This document shows positions 53,484-64,000 of a stretch of 64,000 bases of DNA, piece by piece. Origin of the DNA: Octopus sinensis (taxonomy: Eukaryota); the NCBI RefSeq assembly GCF_006345805.1, contig NC_043002.1, positions 64,728,001-64,792,000 on the forward strand. The letters are read 5' to 3'. The notes beneath the pieces were generated by a model. That model saw only the letters and a program-made list of their open reading frames with translations, was not told the origin of the DNA and ran no database searches. Each line of letters opens with the position of its first letter. Within the stretch, counting starts at the first letter, position 1. Position numbers and translations under genes: made by a program.

Positions 53484-54582
53484 TAGAGAGACAGACATAC
53501 AGACAGACAGATAGATAGTTGTCTCAAAAATCTATTGACTTATTCTGCCAGTTCAAAATCCTTCCCAGTGATCAATTCCTCCTTGTACTTAGTAGTGAAA
53601 AAAACCAAGGTACATTTTTCCTACGCTAAATAAAGTTTATCTTGCCAGACTCTTTACAAGTAATTTTGGACATGTCTATCCAGGAATTGATTTAAATTCT
53701 GGAACGAGATTGAACCACAAATCATTTTCAGAGCCCACATCAAGTTTATATAGGATTTATATCTTCTCATTTAAAACATTCTCAAACTATGCGATTCCAA
53801 GTAGCTAGACAGATAATAAATAAGTTAATATTACATATATTAATATCAAGTCATATTTATTCAAATTATTCAGATGTTATCAGTAGATTTACAGGGAGGA
53901 AATTATATTTCATGCAAATTGTTGAGACAATTAATAATGGAACGCTGTCATTATTAAATGTCTCAAATGAAAAACTTTTATATTCAAAAAGATAATATAT
54001 GATTTCAAGTAATTGTTTCGCATTTAAAAAGATTCGCACATCTAAAGGAGTCACTGACTGCAATATTTAAACTATGGGAAATATATGCAAGCACTATAAT
54101 ACATTAACACGTGAGAATTTTAAAAATCGGATCTAGTTTCTAATCTAATTTTATTTCAATGTAGACAAATGAAAGAGGTTGTTAAAAATTTCCTATAGTA
54201 TTTGAAAACCTTTATAGTTTTACCATTAGAAATGTTGAATGTTAATAACAACGTTCTTTCTCCATCTCTGACCCTCTGTCTCCTCTCTTTATCTATCTCC
54301 ATCTCCGTCACATTCTGGGAGCGTGCGCGTTTTTCTGATTATTTATGCGTGTTTCTGTGTGCGTAAGAATGTTTATGGATATGTGTGTGTGTGTAATAGT
54401 AGAGGTGTATAACAAATGATGCAAATGAGGGAGAAAGAGAAAGAGAGAGCGACAGGAAGGGAGAGAGAGGAAGGCAGAGTTTAAGTAAAGAACAAAAGTT
54501 AAATAGAAACAGTACTTGAGGTAACACGTCATATATAAATTTGTGTGCGTGTGTGTGTGTGTTCGTGTGCGTGTGCTTATAA

Positions 54583-55005
54583 GCCTGCGAGCTGGCAGAA
54601 TCGTTAGCATGCCGGGCGAAATACTTAGCCGTATTTTGTCTGCCGTCACCTTCTAAGTTCAAACTCCGCCAAGATCGACTTTGTCTTTCATCCTTTGGGG
54701 GTGGATAAGTTAAGTACCAGTTACGCACTGGGGTCGGTGTAATCGACTTAATCCGTTTGTCTGTCCTTGTTTGTTCCCTCTATGTTTAGCCACTTGTTAT
54801 AAAGAAATAACTATCGTTAGCACGCTGGATGAAAAGGCTTAGCGATATTTCGCCTGTAGCTACATTCTGAATTCAAATTCCGCCCAGGGCGATTTTGCGT
54901 CTCAACCTTTCGGGGCAAATAAATTAAGTACCAGTTAAACACTGGGGCCGATGTAATCGACTAGGCCCCTCCCACCAAATTTGAAGCCTTGTGTCTCAGT
55001 AGGGA
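54583..55005 (+). mobile_element. Two adjacent family A SINE units with different tails
   Basis: Head gcgagctggcagaatcgttagc at about 54590. The second unit starts at about 54812 within the head. Confidence 0.82.
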
Positions 55006-56049
55006 GGGTATGAATGGTTTCTTTCAGTTTCCGTCAACAAAATCAACTCACAAGCTTTTGTTCGGCCTGAGATTTTAGTAGAAGACACTTGCCCATGTGG
55101 TTCGAGTGCACCACATAGCCACGCCTGTATGCATTTACATATCATATGCGGTCCTGCATTCACATATATGTATGTGTGTATGTGTTACATATATATATGT
55201 ATATATATATTATATATATATATATATTATATATATATATATATATATATGTATGTTATATATGTATATATATACATGTGTGTGTGTGTACATATATAAT
55301 AAGTATGTATGTAAGTTACTATGTATGTATATGTCAGGCTTTTCCACTCTACCTATGTTCAGTGAATACTACAGGTGAAGCAAGAATAAGCAAAACAACA
55401 TTTTCTTACAGTAGTCCAAATCCAGTCTTAATAAAGCACATAGACTAATATCTATTCACATACAAAACTCATTCTGCCATTTAACGTGTGGAACCTACAC
55501 AGCTTGCAAACTAAACTTTAGCCACATACAAATGGCTCCAGTCTACTCTTCCATCAGACAGATTAAATTCGGGGTGCCTTCATTGTAACTAAACATTTTC
55601 ACTGAACCACGTCGGTCTTCATTTTAGGCGCAAAATATACTGCCACGTGACACTAACGAACGGACGTTGCAGGGCACATATAGATTCTAAATTTAATCCC
55701 GTGTTCATTCTGTGCAAACACTTGACAGACAACATTCAGATCATTGATTGTTTAGTACTACCACCAGACAGTCAACCGTGTCAGCTTTAAATTACGACAC
55801 TAAGTAATGTCACTGTTGCAAACATGTTTGTATCAGATTTGTGACTATACACTAGCAACCCATATCAGTCAGAGGCAAAACAGATTCGATTTAAGCCACG
55901 TCTTTCCATTTCAAAATATTTGAAAATCAGTGTAAACTGTGAAACAGGTTAAATCTTTAAATACAACAGAAATAAATATTTCAACTCTTCTCAGTGCATT
56001 TTCAACTATTTTTCGTATATTTCTAACCCTGTGGAATAAAATAACTTTG

Positions 56050-56094
<45 letters not shown>

Positions 56095-56465
56095 TGCGTG
56101 TGTGTGTGTGTGTGTTTTTGTGTATGTATATATATATATATATGTGTGTATATATATGTATGTATTTATATATATATGTATATATATATATTCATATATA
56201 TATGTATATATATATTATATATGCATGTGTATATATATATGTATCTATGTGTATATATATATATATGTATGTATGCATGCATATACATGTATGTATGTAT
56301 GCATATATATATATATGCATGTGTGTATATATATGTATATATATATATATTAATATATATATGTGTGTGTATATATATATATATATACATGTATATGTAT
56401 ATATATATATGTATACGGATATGGCCAGTTTAAACACTAAAGGGTTAAATATATATACATACACA

Positions 56466-57675
56466 CAGAGGCATGACAGAAGTAAATAAACACCACATAC
56501 AACATCGATTTTGTTTATTGTAACCTGTAATGTTTTATATTTTGTATTAATTTACATTTTTTTTTTGTTTCCAGGTCTATATGTGACTATTTAATCATAC
56601 CATGTACAAAAGAAGCCTTGTAACTGTCTGAATTTTAAAGTGCCCGTACTGTGTGTATTCTGAAGGTTGACATAGTCAGCTTAAAATCGCAGAAAACCCT
56701 GGGATCCCGCTTTCTACAATTTATACAGTGATTATTCAAAACACCAGAGAAGTCAAGGTGTCCACATCACTTCCCCCAGATCAGCCAGGGCCCTCTTACA
56801 GGACCATTCTCCTTGTTAAGAGAATTATGGAGGATAATTCTCATTGCAAGGCCTTTTATATCGTAGAATAAGTCAATCTCAGTGCCAGAAGAGCTGTCAG
56901 GTATTTCCACAAACTTGGTTACTATGGTAGAGCAGCAAGAAGGAAGCCACTTATTCGATCAGCCAGCATCAAACGAAGTAAGATTGGGCGAGTGAGATGG
57001 TGGAAGGCCACTAGTATTTTGGGACATTGTCATATACTCTGATGTGTCCAGATTCGCTGTATTTCTTGACAGTGGTCTAGTGTGGTTCTGGATACCGTGA
57101 TCAAGAATTTGATCAGAAATATTGCAACCATCGATGAAGCACGGCAGCTTTACTGTGATGGTCTGGGGAGCAATTTGGAGCAATGCTTGATCGAAGCTGG
57201 TGGAGTGCGAGGGAAATATAAACTCAGATAAATATGCGTCCATATTGTAAAAAGAACTCCTTCCAACCTTCTTCAGCGGTGAAATGAGTAAAGACTCTTT
57301 ATTTATGGAAGATTGAGGTCCTTGTCACACGGCTAAAACGACCCTAGCTTTGCTGGATGACGATACCATTGAAAAAGCTTTCATTGCCAAGCCGGTCATC
57401 AGATATGAACCCTACTGAGCACGTCGGGGATATAATGGAAAGGACACTTCATAAAATGAAAATGACAGCATGTTCAGAGCCACTGGTTTTAAGATTACTG
57501 CATGAACCTTGGTAAAAAATTCTGCTAGAGAATATTCGTCATTTGATCAGTAACATTGAAAAAGGCAAAGCGCATGTCTACTAAATATTAAATATTCTCA
57601 TTATATAATTTGTATGTATAATTTCCGACATAAAAATAAATTTTAATGCTTATTCACTTCTGCTATGTCACTCTG
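56466..57675 (+). mobile_element. Decayed Tc1-family (DD34E) transposon with both TIRs
   Basis: TIRs cagaggcatgacagaagtaaataaacacc (56466-56494) and 57645-57675 followed by TA. The broken ORF reads GRAARRKPL..VIYSDVSRF..MKHGSFTVMVWGAI..GNINSDKY..FMED*GPCHTAK..SSDMNPTEHV. Confidence 0.9.
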
Positions 57676-57753
57676 TATGTATATATATATATATATAATA
57701 TTATATATATATATATATATATAATATATATATATATAATAATATATATATAT

Positions 57754-57810
<57 letters not shown>

Positions 57811-57962
57811 TATTATATTAATTAGAGATAAAACCACTATTAGGCAAATCATACAATGAAAAACTTAAGCCAATACATAAGATTATTTAATTTATATTAT
57901 TTAAATATATAACAAAATTATTAAAAAAATATATTAATATAACACTACGATCGTTTCATGAT

Positions 57963-58019
<57 letters not shown>

Positions 58020-58175
58020 AATTAGAGACAAAACCACTATTATGCAAATCAAACAAAGAAAGAACTTAAGCCAATACATAAAATAATTTATATAAATTTA
58101 GAATTTAACAATTAAAATAACCACTACGATTTTTCCTGTAAATTTGGATTTATTCCCTAATATTCATTATTATAT

Positions 58176-58250
<75 letters not shown>

Positions 58251-58255
58251 TATAT

Positions 58256-58299
<44 letters not shown>

Positions 58300-58453
58300 T
58301 TATAATATTAATATATATATATATATATATATATAATACATATATAATATATATATATAATATACATATAATATATATATATATATATATAATATATATA
58401 TATATAATTATATATATATATATAATATATATATAATATAATATATATATATA

Positions 58454-59815
58454 CACCCAACATGGTTTCCGACCAGGGAGAAGCTGTTTAACTCAGCTCC
58501 TACAACACTATGAGTGGGTGCTGAAACGGCTGCTGAACCACTCAAATGTGGAAGTGATATATCTCGACTTTGCAAAGCCTTTGATAAAGTCGATCATGGA
58601 ATGATATGTCACAAACTGCGTGATCTCAACATAGTTGGAAAACTGGGAGAATGGCTTCATGACTTTCTGAAAGATAGAAGTCAGGTGGTAGTGGCCAATG
58701 GGGCCACTTCCATTAACACGCAAATAGTGAGCGGTGTTCCGCAGGGCACTGTTCTGGGACCACTACTGTTCATAATGGCCTTCTCAGACATGCCCTCAGC
58801 CACGCAGAGAGCCACGATCACAAGTTATGCAGATGATACAAAAGTCTCACAGGCATACGAACCCTGAGGACACTAAACACCTGCAATGTGAGCTAGACAA
58901 AATATACAAGTGGGCCGAAAAAATAGCATGCAGTTCAATGCTGAAAAGTTTCAAGCTCTATACTATCAGCATGCAAAACTAAATGCAATACCCAATGAAT
59001 ACACTGGACCCGGAGGAATAGCAATCCCAGAGGCACAATCAGTGCGTGACCTAGGTATTTACATGAGTGATGACGCGACCTTTCGTGTACATGTTGCTAA
59101 ATTGGCAATGAAATGTAGACGACTGGCCGGATGGATCCTCAGAACCTTAGAACAAGAGAACAAGAAACCATGATGGTCCTCTGGAGGACACTTGTCCTAA
59201 GCCACTTTGACTACTGCTCTCAGTTATGGTCACCATCCAGTGTCAAGTTGATCACAGAGCTCGAGGCGATCCAACGTAGCTACACGAGGAAGATAGCCTC
59301 TATGCAGAATGTAAGCTACTGGGAAAGACTCAGGAAATTAAAATTATATTCCCTGGAGCGTAGGCGGGAAAGATATGCCATAATATACATCTGGAAGATC
59401 CTGGAGGGAAGTGTCCTGAACTTTGGCATCGAGAGTTACGCAAATGCCAGAACTGGGCGCCACTGCGTGGTGCCTAGGACTCCAAACTTGCCATCAAGAT
59501 GTAGGACAAGATTCTGTGATAGCCTGGGCTTCCGAGGCCCACAGCTCTTCAATATCCTCCCGAAGAACCTGAGAGACCTGCATGGGGTGGATACAGATGT
59601 CTTTAAAATGAAGCTGGATCTCTCCTGTCAGGTGTCCCAGATGAACCAACTTCACGGCAGGAGGGGCAGATGAGGGCAGCTGCATCGAACTCTCTCATGC
59701 ACCAAATAGCAGCTGCTAGAAAGCCTTCATGAAGTGAAACCAAGTAGCAACACCAAATGGCCGTGCCCCAGCATGGCCACAGCTCATAAGCTGAAACTTG
59801 AAAATCAAAATCAAA
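58454..59815 (+). mobile_element. 5'-truncated CR1-group LINE (reverse transcriptase), frameshifted
   Basis: QHGFRPGRSCLTQL, YLDFAKAFDKVDH, SGVPQGTVLGPLLF, SYADDTK, FDYCSQLWSP and LYSLERRRERY, with an (ATCAAA)n tail. (TA)n arrays flank both ends. Confidence 0.93.
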
Positions 59816-59921
59816 TATAATAATATATATATAATTATATATATATATATAATATATATATAATATATATATATAATATATATATATATAATATATATAT
59901 ATATAATATATATATATATAT

Positions 59922-59962
<41 letters not shown>

Positions 59963-61994
59963 TAATATATATAATATAATATATATATATACATATAGGT
60001 AAACAGTAAAATAATTACAGACATGGACAAGAACATGAAACACCACAGAGACGACACAAGAACCACAGGACGGGACATTCGAAGCCCTCAGTCATCAGTC
60101 AAGAACCAGATCATCTTAGCAATTTCGGCTGATTAATCTTGAGATTGCTCCGATATGGTCAGCCCGCCAAGGGAAATCTAAGCCAAGCGCATTAGATCCC
60201 CTGGAAGAAAGCTTCGAATGTATACAACACGAGGACGGAAAACGAACGAAGTACACGAACAAAAATACAGAATACGTGACACATATACATACATATATAT
60301 ATATACATACATATATATATATATTTATGATATTATACATACATATTCTTACACACACATACACACCCACACACACATATATATATGCTTATGATTAAAA
60401 GAAAACTATTTTTCTCTACGGGTGTTAAATACATTATTTGTATCCATAAGTCTTAATGGATTGTTTGAATCAATTGAATGTATAATATATATATAGTGAG
60501 AGAGAGAAAAAATAGATAGGTAGATACATTAAACAACTATTTTATTTGCAGTGGGGGTTGTATATTTCATTTCACCGACTATGTAACACAAATTGTTGCC
60601 GATTTCTCTTTATACTAGAACTTCAAATAAACACCGTATTTTACCATCTACAATTTGATGCCACCACCGTAAGAACATATGTTAAATAGAAGGTAATAAT
60701 AGAAATTATGGTATAATAATGAATTATTGATGCATTTGTGCATGCGATTATGCATGCCATCATACGCGTGTACATATAACTGACTCGCATTTCTCTATCA
60801 CTTTATATACATATTTGTGTGTATGTGTGTGTGTGTTTGAGTGAGCGTATATATATATATATGTATGAATATGTATGCATGTATGTAGGCATATGTGATT
60901 ACATGCAGCTATGTGTGTATGCATTTATGTATATATGGTAATATACGAAAAGCGATATGTGAGATATTCCAATTAGGCTACAGTTAATTTATGTAACAGA
61001 ATCAGCATCTAAATTGCTTAATCAAATATCTAATACAATAACATGTACAGAGATATAGTTGACTAGATGACATTAGTAATAGCATAACTGAAGTAGATAT
61101 ATGTTGGCACCATTTACATTCCACATATATGCAAAGCATATAATCGTGACAAACTCTGTACCAGAACGTAAATGAGCAGAAATTATAGAAAAACCGGAAA
61201 AAAATATCCTAAGCTGAATGTTATGGCATAATGATATATATGCAATTGTGAAGGAGAGAATTATGTTTATTATGTCCTATAAAAACAAATGAATTACGTA
61301 ATCTCGTTACTAGAACTAGCATTAGCAATACGTTATACAATGTTCTTATGAACTGCAGACAGACGGCACAAATGAAGGATAATGATGCGTTATCTCTGAC
61401 AGTACTATGAAATGTAGTGTACAAATTTCAATTATCCTATTATTGCTTAGTAATGTCAAGAAGGTATAAAACGATTTGCCATCTTTTTCCAGGAACGAAC
61501 GAACGTAAAGTGTATGCAAAAATTTGCAGATAATCTCGTAGAATGAGTAGACAATAAATAAAATGACGCGTAAAAATACTATTTTGCCCAGAACTTTCAT
61601 GTTTCTTTCTCTCACCATAAGTATCAAATATAAAATTACATCTCATTGAAAAGATTACTCATAATTTATAGACGTGTTTCATCGCAAATACAACAGCGTC
61701 TCCCCATCCCCCGGTCACATGGTAATATAAAAGAAGCTCCTATAACTATGGCGTATAGAATCACTTTCAAGCAAAGATTCCGGTAAACTGCTTCCTAACG
61801 ATGCAATCTCTAATTCAAATATCGTATCTGCTTATCACTTTCACAAATATATCGATATCAAAGGTTTCCATAAAATATACCTCTGGTTTTCAAAAGCTAG
61901 AAGAAGGAAAACGGATATATATATATCTATATAACAAACACTAATGCGGTCAGACATACATGCATATGTGATTAACCACACACATACACACACA

Positions 61995-62025
<31 letters not shown>

Positions 62026-62630
62026 CAGATACATGCTTATATACATACATGCATACATTCATACATACTTAATGTTTACAATTCGATTTCGAGCAATGTC
62101 ATCTCTTGACTGTTCTCTCCAACATGAGCAGCACAGATAAGGCTTCTCAAACCTGCTAGGTATCAACACTGTTTAGCGCACATGTGGCAATTATAAGCGC
62201 CTTTAGTGCTAGGTATTCCTTGAGCTTTATCCTCGCGCTGACTAGTGGTTTCATTCCTTCAGTTACTTTTGCATTGAATGTTCTACTTCCTTTCGCTACT
62301 ACCAACCATAGAATGCAAAGCAGAATGGAGATGCTAAAAGTCAAGCCACGGTTTACATGAAAATATGAAAATGAGAAACACCCTGCACAAGTTCAATACC
62401 ACTCTCGAGGTCACACACGAATTTGCCTGCAAATATCAAGTACTCTACATCATCGGATGCAAAAGAAGTCGCAGTTGCTACTGCGAGATTAGGACACTCT
62501 CCCTCCTCAATGTTCTATGGCCCTTGACACTACTGAGTAAATGCACGTTTTCACCGGTTCTCTCCTTCGTCCAACAAGAGTGCCCAAAGGCAACAAACAT
62601 CCCTACCGTGCGTGGTACTCATTATTATTA

Positions 62631-62728
62631 TTAAGGTCACTGCCTGGAATCGAACTCGGAAATGTGGAGTTAAGAGCTCGGGCTACTCACCTCAAGATTA
62701 CGAGTTCGATTCCAGGCAGTGACCTTAA
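62631..62728. repeat. 98-bp foldback with perfect 28-bp arms carrying a Pol III B-box on each strand
   Basis: ttaaggtcactgcctggaatcgaactcg / cgagttcgattccaggcagtgaccttaa. The right half resembles a tRNA-like SINE head. Confidence 0.85.
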
Positions 62729-62736
62729 AAATAATG

Positions 62737-62806
<70 letters not shown>

Positions 62807-62843
62807 CCTTAGGAATGAGAACCCAGGTTCAAAATTTCCCCAA

Positions 62844-62889
62844 GACACCTGATGAAGGCTGGAGGGTATATCAGCCGAAACGTTGTGTT
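62844..62889 (+). ncRNA. Minimal type I hammerhead ribozyme within a short PLE-type repeat (62804-62956)
   Basis: GACAC-CUGAUGA-A-GGCUG(GAGGGUAUAU)CAGCC-GAAACGU-U-GUGUU. Helix III is the palindrome ACGU, the triplet is GUU, and the predicted cut is after 62884. Confidence 0.72.
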
Positions 62890-62955
62890 AGCAACAAACA
62901 AGATGAAGACAAATATCCGTCAAATGTAAATAATATAAATAATGTAAATAATGCA

Positions 62956-63570
62956 GATAGAGTAATGTCCGTCGAATATGGTGAGTGGGGCATCATTTCC
63001 CATTCAAACAGCGCCAACCTTTTGAATGTATCCTTGCTGTATGTGACCGAGCATTATCGGGATGGAAGAACTACTTTCGTTTTGAAACCAACTTGAATGA
63101 CTGTTTGAATGACCAAATCCAAGCTTGTCTGCTTCTTTCTCAACAGTTAAGATGGTATTTTGTTCCACCAGAATATGCAGGACGGCCTTGTTGAGCTCTA
63201 CAGATCTTCCAGGACAAGGCTCGTTTTCTAGGCTGTAGTTTCCAGCTCGGAATTTCTGGAACCACCGTTAACACTGCATTAAACACCACCACCTTATACT
63301 GCATTAATATTCCTCACACTTTTCATTACGTTATTGCCTGTATTGAACTCATAAAGCAAAATATGCTGAATACGCACCTTTCTCACTTCCATCATAGCTT
63401 TGAAAAAATAACTGTTATAATCGAACTGCATTCTTCAAAACTTGCACTAAGAATGAGGTTAAAGTAAAATTACTACCTGTTTTTATAGCGATTCCATGCA
63501 GGTAGTTTATCCCAAACCGCTCCGACTTTTAGTTCATGCAGTTGAAAAACCGCATTATTTATGGGATGAC

Positions 63571-63574
<4 letters not shown>
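62956..63574 (-). mobile_element. Internally deleted mariner transposon
   Basis: The terminus ttgggtcatcccataaataatgcgg lies next to TA. Translation gives RWFQKFRAGNYSLENEPCPGRS..LVEQN..KLGFGHS and FHPDNARSHTAR..WEMMPHSPYSTDI. Confidence 0.88.
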
Positions 63575-63625
<51 letters not shown>

Positions 63626-64000
63626 TATTCTGCTCTATATCCTGGTCTTCTTCTTTGGATATATTTTCTGGCTCCATTCCTATATTAATTATTGTTTCTT
63701 GTCAAGCAATTTCTGAATATGATTCGATATGAGTTTGTTTTGTGAATCACACTTTTATATGCATCGTACAGAATACATTCTAGCAGACTTAACGCATCAT
63801 TCAATATCTATGCCATTTCCATCCCTCACGTTTAATGTTCAAATATAATTTGACAATTTCTCTGCATTCGTATTCTCCATATCAGAAGTGGTTTGTATAC
63901 TGTAAATACCGGCTTTGAAGCTATTTTCCTGTTAGAACTTTTTTCTATCCTTCTTATTTACTGTTATATGGATTTACTACAGAACACTATGCAACGGATA

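Noticed and set aside
56415-56446. piggyBac-like terminus (...ctaaagggTTAA)
   Set aside because: It is a solo end with no matching opposite TIR in the window, and too short to call.
60065-60110. CUGAUGA-CU-GAGGGCUUC-GAAUGUC on the minus strand
   Set aside because: A15.1 is missing, and there is no palindromic helix III or convincing helix I. It is at most a distant derivative.
61711-61770. E-box, TATAAAAG (61726) and an Inr-like TCACTTT
   Set aside because: The TATA-to-Inr spacing of about 37 nt is too long, there is no downstream exon, and such motifs are common in AT-rich DNA.

Overview
This is an AT-rich, microsatellite-saturated, non-coding animal genomic window. I infer an Octopus (coleoid cephalopod) origin from my recollection of its SINE and LINE families; this was not database-checked. 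No host protein-coding gene can be called with confidence, and most ORFs in the track are artefacts of (TA)n, (ATT)n, (CAT)n and (GAA)n repeats. The recognisable content is transposable-element debris: tRNA-derived SINEs (three families, some as head-less tandem arrays), non-LTR retrotransposon fragments (RTE, CR1-like, Tx1/L1-like, R4/Dong-like), Tc1/mariner remnants, an internally deleted hAT-type element with TIRs and an 8-bp TSD, and several foldback elements. The main unannotated signal is a set of minimal type I hammerhead ribozyme motifs with palindromic helix III, the form known from Penelope-like elements (PLEs). One looks fully intact (33643-33702), two are near-intact members of one family (62844-62889 and 50712-50757), and several are decayed or variant. 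They lie in short ORF-less elements inserted in microsatellites, often next to an inverted partial copy. Other notable signals are a perfect 53-bp inverted repeat 2.4 kb apart that brackets the older hAT element, and RTE LINEs ending in three tandem C2H2 zinc fingers.
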